Positions 1-9,406 of a stretch of DNA of 40,225 nt are shown here, piece by piece (position 1 is the stretch's first letter; each line of letters opens with the position of its first letter). Made by a program: the position numbers and the translations under genes. A model generated the notes under the pieces. The model was not told where the DNA came from, ran no database searches, and saw nothing but the letters and a program-made list of their open reading frames with translations. The stretch comes from a virus (taxonomy: Duplodnaviria; Caudoviricetes): positions 1 through 40,225 of IMG/VR virus record IMGVR_UViG_3300037522_000113; one strand, given 5' to 3'.

Positions 1-2
1 TT

Positions 3-88
3 GCGCAGCGTAGCGGTGCGGCGCGATGCGGCGCGGGGCGGTGCGCCGCGCTGCGGCGGTCACGCCCCCACGATACCGCCCCGCGCCG
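3..88. repeat. GCGNN pentamer run plus 14-bp inverted repeat
   Basis: 11 consecutive GCGNN units at 3-57; 29-42 (cggcgcggggcggt) is the exact reverse complement of 75-88. Confidence 0.75.
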
Positions 89-105
89 TGCCGCGCAAGG
101 CCCGC

Positions 106-294
106 CTATGCCCGGACGGTCCTTTCCCCGTTCCCGAAGTCCCGACCGTCGAGACGCTGGTACTGCCCCACCTCCCGCACCCCGCCCCCGTCGCATTCCA
201 GGGTCAGGGTGCCCGTAAAGCCGTCCTTCAAGCACTGCTCGACGTAGACCAGCACCCGCGCGGCGCTCGGGGTCAACTCGCCGCGTGGCGTCAT
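106..294 (-). CDS. Small hypothetical phage protein
   Basis: ATG overlaps the stop of the minor head gene; 'GFTGTLTLECDGGGV' resembles small proteins often seen after head morphogenesis genes. Confidence 0.65.
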   Translation of the reverse strand: MTPRGELTPSAARVLVYVEQCLKDGFTGTLTLECDGGGVREVGQYQRLDGRDFGNGERTVRA

Positions 295-1271
295 AACGCG
301 CCCCCACGACTAAACAGTAGTCCGACGCTGCACCGACAACCTATTTCCGCGGGCGGGTCCAGCACCGGCCCGAATGGCGTATCGAACGGCTCATCGAGCC
401 CAACGCCATCCGGATTGAGCCCCGGTATCGCCGCGTGTTCGTCCCTCAACCGGTCGTCGGGCGTCACGATCCAAAACCGCCGCACGTCGCGCGGGATCGC
501 GCCCTGTTCCTGTGCCTGTCGCCAGCTCTGGCGCTGGCCGTAGTGCGCTGACTTCGCCGTCTCTTGCCGCGCTATCACCCGCGCCCGGCGGTTCCTGAGA
601 CTCGCCGCGTACCGCTCCTGCATCCGCGTAATGAACTCCTCGTCCACCGTCCCGCGCGCCAAGCGCGAGCGGATCATCGCCTTATCCACCGCTGACAACC
701 GGCGAGACGACGTGAACGCTCCCGCCCGCAATTCCTCGGCCAAGTGGAGCGGCGCTAGGGCATTATTGGGCGCGAGCCCGACGATCTGCCGTATCACCCG
801 CGCCTGTTGCACCGTCGTCGCCCCGCCACTCGATCCCGTCGCCAGTACGATGCGCACCGCCTCGCGCACGTCGGCGCTGATACCAACGATCAACTCCCCG
901 GCCTGAGTGCGGGCGTACAGTACTACGTCAGGGTGTAGCCGATTGAACTCCACCGGAACACGCAACGCCCCGCTGAGCACGTCGGCGGACTGCGCCCCTG
1001 CGCTTTGCGTCGTGCGCCGGAGGGCCTTCTCCAGCGCGGCGTTGTCGCCCATCTGCTGCCCGATATCACCGCCCGTCGCGAGCGCGGCAAGCATCTGCTC
1101 CTCGCTCCCGCTGGCGATTGCGTCTATCAGGGCAGCGTTGTCAATATTGCTGATGATCCGGTTGACGGCAGACAGGAACGCCTGCGCCACGGCGGGCTCC
1201 ATCCGTGACGCGAGACGGCGTAGCGCCCGCCACGCCTGCGGACTAGGGCGACGCTGAACCGCAAGCGTCAC
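291..1271 (-). CDS. Minor head/head morphogenesis protein (SPP1 gp7/Mu gpF-like)
   Basis: RARVIARQET, WIVTPDDRLRDEH and PPAEIGCRC motifs; directly downstream of portal. Confidence 0.9.
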   Translation of the reverse strand: MTLAVQRRPSPQAWRALRRLASRMEPAVAQAFLSAVNRIISNIDNAALIDAIASGSEEQMLAALATGGDIGQQMGDNAALEKALRRTTQSAGAQSADVLSGALRVPVEFNRLHPDVVLYARTQAGELIVGISADVREAVRIVLATGSSGGATTVQQARVIRQIVGLAPNNALAPLHLAEELRAGAFTSSRRLSAVDKAMIRSRLARGTVDEEFITRMQERYAASLRNRRARVIARQETAKSAHYGQRQSWRQAQEQGAIPRDVRRFWIVTPDDRLRDEHAAIPGLNPDGVGLDEPFDTPFGPVLDPPAEIGCRCSVGLLFSRGGAL

Positions 1272-2737
1272 TCGGTACCCTCCTCCCCATCTTCTTCCTC
1301 CTCATCACCGTTACCCGGTGGCATAGCTGCCGGCGGTTCCGGCCCTACGTCCATCGGGTCGGGCGGCTCGACGATCGCACGCGGTGGGTCGCCTGCCTCG
1401 AACGGGATCATCCAGACGCGCCGGTCCTCGTCTACCTCCACCAACTCGATCGGGTCGCCGCCGACTGGCGTCAGCGCTCGCGCTGTTTCTGCCGTCGCCC
1501 GGTTCGTCTCGGCGATCACCTGCTCTGACTCCGAGTACAGCGACGGCCACACCACGTCGTAGCCCTTCTTGCCGTGGCGCGGCAACGCCCGAATGGATAC
1601 GAGCCGGTCAATCAACGGGCGAAGCAGGACCGGCTCGGCGAATTGCAATTGTCGCTCGCCAGCCGAACCGAGAAACGCTTTCACGTCCTCGGTTGACGCC
1701 CGCTCGCCTGTCTCGCTGCCGAACAGCATCCGCGCCGGATAGCCTGAGCCTGCGGCGATGCGCCGCTCGACTAGTTTCGATGCCGCGGCGGGGTTCGGCT
1801 CCGTCTCCGCGAGGCGTTCAAGCCTCGCACCACGCGCAACGAACGTACGCGCGAGATCGTGGTTGAGGTCGTGTATCTGCTGGGTCAAGTCTGCGATCTC
1901 TGCCGGCGTCGGCTGGACCTTCTCGTCCAAGATAGCTTGCAGCACGCCCGCCACCCGCTGCCAGAACGCTTCCGAACTCGACGCCGAGATTTTCAGCAAG
2001 TCCTGAAGGTCGTTGAACACGCGCTGGAGCTCGGGGCGACCGTACACGTCGTCCCTGAGCGTGTTCTGCGCGACGTGAATGATGCGCGAGCGGTGGACGG
2101 GTAGCCGCGCGGCACCGGCGCGGAACCCTGTCAACGCGCCCGCGACGTTGATCGTGTACGTCTTCGGGAGCCCGAACGCGGGGTCGCTGGCGTCCTCGAC
2201 CCAGTCCTGAATCTCCGCGTCCTGCTCCGTGTACGCCCGGAGATAGAGCACACCCTCGGGGCCGCGCACGCTCGTCAATGGTCGGGCCATCGCCTGGTCG
2301 GGCTCGCCCGTGCCGATCAAAACGACGGAATAGCGACCGAGGCGCGCCATTACGTCGGCGCGGAACAGGACGCGATAGACCGCGAGCCGGTCGGCCATCT
2401 CCTGCCACGCTTTCGAGAACTCGGTCCCGTCCTCGCCTTGCTCCGGCTCCGATACCTCGGGTGCCTTGCGCCACGTCGCCTCGGCGATCATGTCCACGAT
2501 CTGGCCCGCCACGCCGTCACGCTGGTAGGCACCCCAGTAGTCGTCGAACCGGAGCGACGTTTTGTAGCCCGCCATCTTGCCGATGTCGCGGTTACCGTCA
2601 TACATCAGCCCGAGGCGCTGCGCGAACGCGGCGCGCTCCAGAGCGTCGGTCAGTACGGCGAGGCGATCGGGCGCGGCCTCCCCGTTCGTCTTATTCGCTG
2701 CCTTGCTCATTGGACTCGTCGCTTTAGCCGGTGCCAT
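1268..2737 (-). CDS. Portal protein (DUF1073-type)
   Basis: 489 aa; 'YQRDGVAGQIVDMIAEATWR', 'PAFGLPKTY', 'VHRSRIIH', 'PARMLFGSETGERASTED'; upstream of minor head gene. Confidence 0.88.
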   Translation of the reverse strand: MAPAKATSPMSKAANKTNGEAAPDRLAVLTDALERAAFAQRLGLMYDGNRDIGKMAGYKTSLRFDDYWGAYQRDGVAGQIVDMIAEATWRKAPEVSEPEQGEDGTEFSKAWQEMADRLAVYRVLFRADVMARLGRYSVVLIGTGEPDQAMARPLTSVRGPEGVLYLRAYTEQDAEIQDWVEDASDPAFGLPKTYTINVAGALTGFRAGAARLPVHRSRIIHVAQNTLRDDVYGRPELQRVFNDLQDLLKISASSSEAFWQRVAGVLQAILDEKVQPTPAEIADLTQQIHDLNHDLARTFVARGARLERLAETEPNPAAASKLVERRIAAGSGYPARMLFGSETGERASTEDVKAFLGSAGERQLQFAEPVLLRPLIDRLVSIRALPRHGKKGYDVVWPSLYSESEQVIAETNRATAETARALTPVGGDPIELVEVDEDRRVWMIPFEAGDPPRAIVEPPDPMDVGPEPPAAMPPGNGDEEEEDGEEGTE

Positions 2738-3794
2738 TGTCGTCGCTCCCGTTGATCCAAGCTTCCGTTGGGCCGCCGAACATCTCGCGCGTCTGGCCGC
2801 TCATTGAGCGTACCCAGCCCTGAATCCTCCCGAGGTTCTTTTTCCACACCCGTAGGTGCTGACCCGCGCCGATCCAAGGCTTTGTCGGCGGATGCACGCG
2901 CGACTCGGCGAAGTGCGGGCTTTTGTCCATCGGTATGCCGCACAAGATAGCGCGCCTGACCCCGAGCGTTTGAGCGACCTCGATCCCGAGTAGGCCGGAC
3001 GAGCCACCGAGGGACCACGCCGAGACGGTATTGGTCACACCCGGGCGTTGCTTGCCTTTCCGGGTCCAGACCAGATATCCGCCCGGGTGACCCTCAATAG
3101 TGCGCTGCTCCAGCCAGCCGGGGCCGGTCTTTTTCGTCGAGCCTAGCTTCTCGGTGTGGAGCGTGCACCAGTGGTCGAGTGGTCGGGGCCAGTGGACGCC
3201 GATGTTGTTGACCGCGATCACGAGCCCGTAGCCCTCGTGCCACTCGTGGCCGAGCAGCGCCTCGACGGCCTTGACATCGTCCCAGACGCACGCGGCGCCG
3301 CCGAGGATCAGGGCGCGCTCCTCCCGCCCGATGACCCGCGGGGCAGGCGGCACGTTGGCGACGATCACGGCAGGGGCAGCGACCGGGGCGGCGTGCTGCC
3401 CGTTGTCCCCGTTGGTGGCGTGGCTGCGGCGGATCGTTACCGGGGTGCCGTCAATGACGCCACGCGACCGGAAGTGGACCGGCGCGACGATTTCGAGGAA
3501 CCGCGTTGACGACCTCGCAACCCGGACGACGTGCGCCGGGTAGTCGTTGCCGTGTATCGTCAGCGTGACCGGCCACCACCGGAGAGCGCCGTGACTGCCA
3601 TCGGGTTCGGTTACGGCAGTGGGTTCGCCGAGCCATTTGAGCGCGTTATTGACTGACCGTATCGCGACGTTGAGCGTACCGGGCACCAAGGGCTGGCCCG
3701 CAACGCGGGACCATTCGGCCAAGCGTGCGCCGATGATGACCTTCGATACGTGGCCCGTACCTTTGAGCGCGTGGCCGGTGAGGGTGTCAGTCAC
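2724..3794 (-). CDS. Fusion: CTP-dependent riboflavin kinase-like (DUF120) domain + MptE/Maf(DUF115)-like putative transferase domain
   Basis: N-terminus G-x4-G-x-G...PGTLNV...LEIVAPVHFR; C-terminus ALILGGA...VIAVNN...SSGLLG...LGVRRAILCGIPM. GTG start at 3794 overlaps the upstream stop. Confidence 0.72.
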   Translation of the reverse strand: MTDTLTGHALKGTGHVSKVIIGARLAEWSRVAGQPLVPGTLNVAIRSVNNALKWLGEPTAVTEPDGSHGALRWWPVTLTIHGNDYPAHVVRVARSSTRFLEIVAPVHFRSRGVIDGTPVTIRRSHATNGDNGQHAAPVAAPAVIVANVPPAPRVIGREERALILGGAACVWDDVKAVEALLGHEWHEGYGLVIAVNNIGVHWPRPLDHWCTLHTEKLGSTKKTGPGWLEQRTIEGHPGGYLVWTRKGKQRPGVTNTVSAWSLGGSSGLLGIEVAQTLGVRRAILCGIPMDKSPHFAESRVHPPTKPWIGAGQHLRVWKKNLGRIQGWVRSMSGQTREMFGGPTEAWINGSDDNGTG

Positions 3795-4354
3795 GGGAGC
3801 TCGCAGCGCCACACTTCGCGGTGTGGCCGGTAGTAGGCAGGCGATTCAGCGGTCACGCGCACGTACTTCTCAGCCGCTCGGCGAATCGCCTCCCGCGTGT
3901 ACGGCACGTCGGGCACGGAGCGGGCGCGATCGCGCGCAACGCCGTCGAGCGTAGACGTTGGCGCGTCCCAGATCAGGACGCCAGACGGCGAGAGGTGCCG
4001 CGCGAGCCACGCCCAGACGGCATCGTGCGAGCGCGCGACGGCGAATAGGTGATGATAGACGGCGAGGCAGAACACGACATCGAACGGGTGCGGCCAGAGC
4101 GTACCATCGAAGTCGGTTATTGTGTTGCGTTGGTACGTCCACCCGTTTGGCTTGGCGCCCCAGACGGCGACGGGTTCGCGGTCAATGCCGAGCACTTCGG
4201 ACGCTCCGCGCGACACGGCAAGGGCGCACCAGTGGCCACGATTGCAGCCGATATCGAGCACGCGCAAGCCGTGGAACAACGTCGGGAGCATCGGCAGGAT
4301 GGCTCGCTCTTTCGCCCGGTTGCGTGCGCCGGTCTGGTAGGTCGGCGCGGTCAC
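3791..4354 (-). CDS. Class I SAM-dependent methyltransferase
   Basis: VLDIGCNRG motif I, VLGID, FDVVFCLAVYHH, LSPSGVLI; GTGA-coupled start at 4354. Confidence 0.88.
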   Translation of the reverse strand: MTAPTYQTGARNRAKERAILPMLPTLFHGLRVLDIGCNRGHWCALAVSRGASEVLGIDREPVAVWGAKPNGWTYQRNTITDFDGTLWPHPFDVVFCLAVYHHLFAVARSHDAVWAWLARHLSPSGVLIWDAPTSTLDGVARDRARSVPDVPYTREAIRRAAEKYVRVTAESPAYYRPHREVWRCELP

Positions 4355-4650
4355 CGGGTGCCTTCCTCGGTATGCGCAGTGCTCACGACGTATGGTAGGT
4401 TCACGCCGCCGCTCGGCGTTAGCACGCTGACGGGCTCTGCTGCCGGAATGCGTAGGTTGAACGTGATCGTAACGCACTCCCCGGGCTGGTAACGCCGGAC
4501 GCCGTCCTGACCGTCATTCCATGCGGTCACGGAATCGCGGTACACTTCAAACCAGCATGCCTCTGCGCGTTCCAGGTTGGAGCGCAGGGAAGCCACGATT
4601 TGCTCAACTTCGTGACTTGTCATTTTGCCCCCAGACTGCCATGCGGTCAT
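4351..4650 (-). CDS. Hypothetical protein
   Basis: Fills the gap with 4-bp overlaps at both ends. Confidence 0.6.
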   Translation of the reverse strand: MTAWQSGGKMTSHEVEQIVASLRSNLERAEACWFEVYRDSVTAWNDGQDGVRRYQPGECVTITFNLRIPAAEPVSVLTPSGGVNLPYVVSTAHTEEGTR

Positions 4651-5417
4651 TTCGGCCTCCAGAGCCAGCTTTCGGTGTGGGCGGGGAAGGGAACGGGCGC
4701 AGCGTACGCATTCGGCGCAATAGATGCGAGTAGCGTCGTTATTTCGTCACGGACAGCGCGATCTTTCGCGCGCACGAGGTTCCCGCCGTCTTTGCGCCAC
4801 GCACACTCGGCGGTAATGACCGGATGATCGGACTCTATCACGTCGGGGGCGCTTCCAATTACGGCGGCTTCGGAGCCCTCTACGTCGAGCTTGATGTACC
4901 CGACCGGCCCCGGCGCGACGGTCCCCGCTATGTCGTCGAGCGTCACACTGAGCGCCGCCCACGGACTATCGCTGTTTGCGTCTACTGTGTAGCGGCCCCC
5001 AGCGTTGCTATCGTCCCCGCCCACAAGCGTTTTTGGGGGAGCCCCTAACATTCCGACCGCCGCATTGACCACGTAGCACGGTACGCCTACCGCACGCGAG
5101 TGGTGCGAAGCGTTGTCCCTGAGTAGCGGATACAGGTCCGGCGCGGGCTCGATGGCTACGACGGACGACGGCTTGCACTCGCGCAGAAAATACACGGTGT
5201 GATTGCCGCAGTGCGCGCCTACGTCTATGTACGTGCCCCGGATATCGAGGGAGCGAATCAGGTCCAGCGCCGCGTGCTCGTAGAAATCGCCATCCTTGAC
5301 TACGCGCTGGTAGATCGTGTCGCGCTCGCTCGGGTAGAGAACGGCGTGCCCACGCGGGTGCGCGGCGACGATCCGTGCGATCGGACGCACGTGGGGGAGG
5401 TCTACGCGCTCGATCAT
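4647..5417 (-). CDS. FkbM-family methyltransferase
   Basis: IDVGAHCGNHT, VVAIEP, VTLDD, YIKLDVEGSE, PVITAE motifs. Confidence 0.92.
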   Translation of the reverse strand: MIERVDLPHVRPIARIVAAHPRGHAVLYPSERDTIYQRVVKDGDFYEHAALDLIRSLDIRGTYIDVGAHCGNHTVYFLRECKPSSVVAIEPAPDLYPLLRDNASHHSRAVGVPCYVVNAAVGMLGAPPKTLVGGDDSNAGGRYTVDANSDSPWAALSVTLDDIAGTVAPGPVGYIKLDVEGSEAAVIGSAPDVIESDHPVITAECAWRKDGGNLVRAKDRAVRDEITTLLASIAPNAYAAPVPFPAHTESWLWRPK

Positions 5418-5788
5418 TCGCCGTGCTCCAGCCGCACCGTGATGCCGTAGTGCCGCAGGCAGACCGGGGCCAGTACGCCCACCAGATCGGCGGGCAACGT
5501 CGAGCCGTGCAATCGGATAACGTGACCGCTCGCCTTTCGTCGCCCTACTGTAATCCTGACCGGGTAGAAGCGCACCGGCCCCACCGCACCCGAAAGCGCG
5601 CCGTCGAGATAGGGCTGCGTGAAGTCGAACGGCCCGCCGAGCCGCACGTTCGCCGTACCTGGGTGGGGTGTGTAGCCGAGCAGCGCGGCAAGCTCCTGCT
5701 GCACCTGTGCGCCGTTGCGAAGTTGGTAGCGGGAAGCGTTCCCGCGCCCGTTGCGTATCGTGCCCCGGTAGGTCGCCAAAGGATTCAC
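5414..5788 (-). CDS. CTP-dependent riboflavin kinase-like (DUF120/RibK fold) protein
   Basis: GTIRNGRGNA...LLGYTPHPGTANV...FYPVRI...VLAPVCLR parallels the archaeal RibK pattern. Confidence 0.75.
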   Translation of the reverse strand: MNPLATYRGTIRNGRGNASRYQLRNGAQVQQELAALLGYTPHPGTANVRLGGPFDFTQPYLDGALSGAVGPVRFYPVRITVGRRKASGHVIRLHGSTLPADLVGVLAPVCLRHYGITVRLEHGE

Positions 5789-6120
5789 TCCGATACCGGA
5801 TGCTGCGCTATCTGCGCGGGGCGCACGATAAGTGTGCCGGTGTAGAGCACGTTCCGCACTCCGTTCTCAACCTCGTACAGCTCCTCGTAGACGCGGCCAA
5901 GCGGGAGGCCGCGCGTTGCGGCGTGCGTCAGCTCGAAGGAGTATACCAGCACGTCGGTACTTTCCTCCTCAACGGTTATATCGGTATCGTCCACCTCCAC
6001 GAGTGGCGTCTCTGCGCCAGCATTCCGGGCGATCCGGTAATGCGTCGTGACGTTTTCGGGCTGCGCTTCTCCGGCGATCGTGATTTGCCGGATATAGCTC
6101 GCCCCCCGGTGGATAGACAT
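5785..6120 (-). CDS. Hypothetical, probable small beta-sandwich virion protein
   Basis: GGAG RBS; beta-rich pattern ending 'LYTGTLIVRP'; adjacent to fibre-like gene. Confidence 0.6.
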   Translation of the reverse strand: MSIHRGASYIRQITIAGEAQPENVTTHYRIARNAGAETPLVEVDDTDITVEEESTDVLVYSFELTHAATRGLPLGRVYEELYEVENGVRNVLYTGTLIVRPAQIAQHPVSE

Positions 6121-6131
6121 TGTGGCTCCCT

Positions 6132-7670
6132 TTAGTTGCCGTCTATGTTGATTTCCCTGTCCCGCGTCCCGATCACCGGGAGCACTATAGAGCGCGCCCC
6201 CGTCGAAGTAACAGCGCCCGCACGCGAACCCATCACCGCTAGTGCAGAGACGCGGGTGCCGGACGAAGCAATGACTACCGGGGCCACCACGGCGGGCGGG
6301 CCTGCGCTGCCAACACTCCCCTGAAGAACGCCCCCCTGCGCGATGTTTACGCCGGATAGCAGGCTGACACTGACAGGGGCCAGCGTGACGGCCAGCGAAC
6401 CCGCGCGCACGGCCACCGACCCGGCGACAATCGCAGCGGACGCCGCCGCAGGACTGGCGGCTAATACGCCGCCGAGGACCGCGACCCGCCCCTCGACCAG
6501 CGCCGCCGCCACTTCCGAACCAGCGACCGCGAGAATGCCACCGCTAACGGTAACGCGCCCCGAGGTCAGGCCCGCAGCGAGCGCGCCAGACGCACCGGCG
6601 AGCGTCCCGCCATTGACCTGTACCGACCCCGCCGTAAGAGGCAGGGCGAGCGCGTCCGGCGCGGCATCGAGTACCCCAGCGGTAACGGCCACAGAGCCGG
6701 ACACGAGCGCGGACGATTGCGCGGCCTGCGATACGCCCAGAACCGCGCCCGCAACGCTGACCGACCCTGCCACGAGCGGCGCGCCGATAGCGGCCTGAAC
6801 CCCATCGAGTACGCCGCCGGTAACCGTGGAGGCGCCCGCTATAATGCTGGCGGACTGCGCGCCCTGCGAAACTGCGAGGACGCCACCGGCAACATCTACC
6901 GCGCCCGCGACGAGGTCCGCCTCAACTGGCGCCACGCCAGCATCCGCCGCCAGCACACCGCCCCGAACCCCTACCGTACCCGCCAGCAACGGCGCGGCCA
7001 TCGGCGCCGTTGCCGCCGAGAGTGGGGCACCCGACACCTGAACCGTTCCGGCCGTCAGTGGCGCGCTCAGTGCGCCAAGCGACACCGCGAGAATGCCCGC
7101 GAGCACCGACACGGCTCCGGCCGTCAGTGCGCCGTTGACCGGCTCGGCAGCTTCCGCCGTGTACGTCCCCGTCACCTCCGCAGCGTAGACCCGCTCCTCA
7201 ACCGCGTCGCCGCCCTTGACCTTCGAGATGTTCCATCGGAGGACGACGAGCGCGTCGTCCCATGTCGCCTTGTCGGCCGACGTGTTCGGGTTCGTGAGCG
7301 GAACCGCCGAGGAATTGGCCGGGCTCGTATCCTCAATCGGACCACTGACGACCGTGACCTCGTCGGTTAGCGGCGTCGTACCGTCCGACTCGACGATCTG
7401 AGCGGTGAGACTGTCCCAAGCGTTGAGGTCGGCAGCAGCGCTCAATCCGTATCTGAGCCGGATCGCGACGGTGTCCACGTTGCCGAGATCGCCCGGCGTC
7501 TCGCCGAGCGCGAACCGCGCAGCACCCGTGTGCGTCGTGTTGGCGTTGTCGAATACGTAATCCCCGTCATCGCTCGACGCGATTACTTCCAGTACCGGGT
7601 CCGAGCCCTGGATCGCCGTGCTGACGACGTTCGTGTAGGCGCCGAGGGCGATCGTGCCGAGACTAGCCAT
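6132..7670 (-). CDS. Fibre-like virion protein with ~12 Ala/Gly/Val-rich 23-aa repeats
   Basis: Acidic N-terminal beta domain then repeats of LxAGxVxVxGGxL type with 23-aa period (approx. 7127-6315). Confidence 0.7.
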   Translation of the reverse strand: MASLGTIALGAYTNVVSTAIQGSDPVLEVIASSDDGDYVFDNANTTHTGAARFALGETPGDLGNVDTVAIRLRYGLSAAADLNAWDSLTAQIVESDGTTPLTDEVTVVSGPIEDTSPANSSAVPLTNPNTSADKATWDDALVVLRWNISKVKGGDAVEERVYAAEVTGTYTAEAAEPVNGALTAGAVSVLAGILAVSLGALSAPLTAGTVQVSGAPLSAATAPMAAPLLAGTVGVRGGVLAADAGVAPVEADLVAGAVDVAGGVLAVSQGAQSASIIAGASTVTGGVLDGVQAAIGAPLVAGSVSVAGAVLGVSQAAQSSALVSGSVAVTAGVLDAAPDALALPLTAGSVQVNGGTLAGASGALAAGLTSGRVTVSGGILAVAGSEVAAALVEGRVAVLGGVLAASPAAASAAIVAGSVAVRAGSLAVTLAPVSVSLLSGVNIAQGGVLQGSVGSAGPPAVVAPVVIASSGTRVSALAVMGSRAGAVTSTGARSIVLPVIGTRDREINIDGN

Positions 7671-7929
7671 GAGACCCTACCTGCCCACACGTCGCACAAG
7701 TCGCGCCCGCCGTAGGCCACGTACCGCAATCGAGAGCAGGTGCGAAACCGTCCCAGAACGGGCGCACGTCCCGGCGATACCGCGCGTCAGCGTGCACGGC
7801 GGACCACGAGCCAAGCTCGCGCCGCAACGCGCACGCCCAGCGCCGCCCGGTTACGGTGCCCTCCTCCAGATGAGGGCACACGCCCCGCCGTCCTAGATGG
7901 CAGCAGTGGTCACGGACGCCACAGGCCAT
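7663..7929 (-). CDS. Cys-rich protein, YkgJ-like (possible Fe-S/Zn binding)
   Basis: C...CC...CPHL...C...RP...CGTWP...CxxC spacing; coupled on both sides. Confidence 0.6.
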   Translation of the reverse strand: MACGVRDHCCHLGRRGVCPHLEEGTVTGRRWACALRRELGSWSAVHADARYRRDVRPFWDGFAPALDCGTWPTAGATCATCGQVGSHG

Positions 7930-8393
7930 TACGGATTCGTCGCGCCGGTACGCGAGATCACCACGCTATTCGTGGTCCCGACAGTGAACCCCGCGCCGTT
8001 GCTCACCTTGGCCGGATCGTAGATCACGAGCACGAGCGGGATGCTGCTGTCGTCGTCCGTGTCATGAGCGTAAACCAGCGCCGCGCCCACCGTCTCGCCC
8101 GTCAGTGAGCCGAAGTCAACCGCCGCGTCGAAGCGCAGTTGGCTCTCGCGCGTGGCAGCGTTGATGTTCCGCCCTGTGTCCGCCACGGTCACGCGCGCAT
8201 ACGAACCGTCGTCGCATTCCGCGTTGTTCGCGTGCGCGAGCACGTCGGCAACGGTGGCGTGTGTGGCGTCAAACGTCGGCGGGCCGCTGGACTTGAGCAG
8301 CAACACGCGGATATCCGCAGCCGCGTCACTGAGCCATTCGGTAGCGTCGGGGTAGTCGAGTCCGGCGTTGTAGATTTCTGCGCTGTCAGCCAT
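7929..8393 (-). CDS. Putative virion structural protein
   Basis: 'DIRVLLL...TVADV...EC...YARVTV...FDA..VDF...ALVY' pattern typical of small phage fibre-associated proteins; GGAG RBS. Confidence 0.7.
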   Translation of the reverse strand: MADSAEIYNAGLDYPDATEWLSDAAADIRVLLLKSSGPPTFDATHATVADVLAHANNAECDDGSYARVTVADTGRNINAATRESQLRFDAAVDFGSLTGETVGAALVYAHDTDDDSSIPLVLVIYDPAKVSNGAGFTVGTTNSVVISRTGATNP

Positions 8394-8456
8394 TGCCCGC
8401 TAGCTCCGTGGTGGGGGACTGTGGTAGTAATGCCGGGGGAATGTAATGCGGTAGGG

Positions 8457-9398
8457 TCATAGCGCCGCGCCCGCGTCTTGCCTGAGTAGCGACGTGGCCC
8501 ACCTCGCAACGAGATCAGGGTGCTCCCACCCGTCTATCTGCCCGAGAAAAGCGCCCGCGTGATTTGCTGCCACGTAGTACTCCTTCCATCGAACCTCACG
8601 AAACGGCCCGTTGGTCACGAGCCTACCGTGCGAATTGATGACCGGGCCGGGCGCTTCGTGCCCGCGATAGGTGAACAGGAGCAACGGCGCGCCGCACAAT
8701 ACCGCGAGGTGTGCCAGCCCGGAGCAGGGAGCGACAACGAGCGCGCCCTGTCGCATGACCTGAATCGTCGCGTCTAGCGGACGTGACCAGTCCCACGCAA
8801 CGGCGCAACCTAACTCCGTCTTGGCGACACTCGCCTCTCGTATGCCGCCCGCGAACACGCGCAGTCCGGCCGCCGCGAGTCGGTCGGCTAGGTCGCCCCA
8901 ATGCGGCCAGTTCTTGCTAGCGCAGTAGGCACGATTGCGCGGAGCTATGACCACGTCGAACTCGGGTACGTCTTGGCGCACGTACGGCTCGGGTAGGAAT
9001 CGTTCCTCGGGGGCTCTCATGTCAATACCCTTACGCGCGTTCCGGCCGCGTAGGATTTCGTTGGGCTGACGTTCGACTACGCGATGCTCCTCTGCCGCTG
9101 GGTACAGCGCCTCGTTACCCGCTTCTATCTCGACTGCTGGGACAATGCCCATCGCATACACGCGCGGTACGTGAAAGCGCACCATCAGACCGAACTCGCC
9201 GCGAAATACTGGAATGGTCGTCATGGCACCGTAGCTCCGCAGCCCGGACACAGGAATTTGACGCACGCCGTCTCGCGTCGAGGTTGTCGTTACGTCTAGC
9301 AGATACTCATCCGGGTGCGGACACGCTCGCGGCACCGAGGCCAGAACCTCCTCAATTTCAGCAGCGGTCAGCTTGCGGGGTATCGCGGTGGCGGACAT
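8457..9398 (-). CDS. Glycosyltransferase family 9-like (GT-B)
   Basis: KNWPHW and LVVAPCSGLAHLAVLCGAP match the heptosyltransferase-type KxW and DSG..HLA motifs. Confidence 0.8.
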   Translation of the reverse strand: MSATAIPRKLTAAEIEEVLASVPRACPHPDEYLLDVTTTSTRDGVRQIPVSGLRSYGAMTTIPVFRGEFGLMVRFHVPRVYAMGIVPAVEIEAGNEALYPAAEEHRVVERQPNEILRGRNARKGIDMRAPEERFLPEPYVRQDVPEFDVVIAPRNRAYCASKNWPHWGDLADRLAAAGLRVFAGGIREASVAKTELGCAVAWDWSRPLDATIQVMRQGALVVAPCSGLAHLAVLCGAPLLLFTYRGHEAPGPVINSHGRLVTNGPFREVRWKEYYVAANHAGAFLGQIDGWEHPDLVARWATSLLRQDAGAAL

Positions 9399-9406
9399 TG
9401 CGGGCT

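Noticed and set aside
2724-5788. Flavin-biosynthesis auxiliary metabolic genes
   Set aside because: No other rib genes; the context is glycosyl/methyl transfer, and one copy lacks the conserved Glu.
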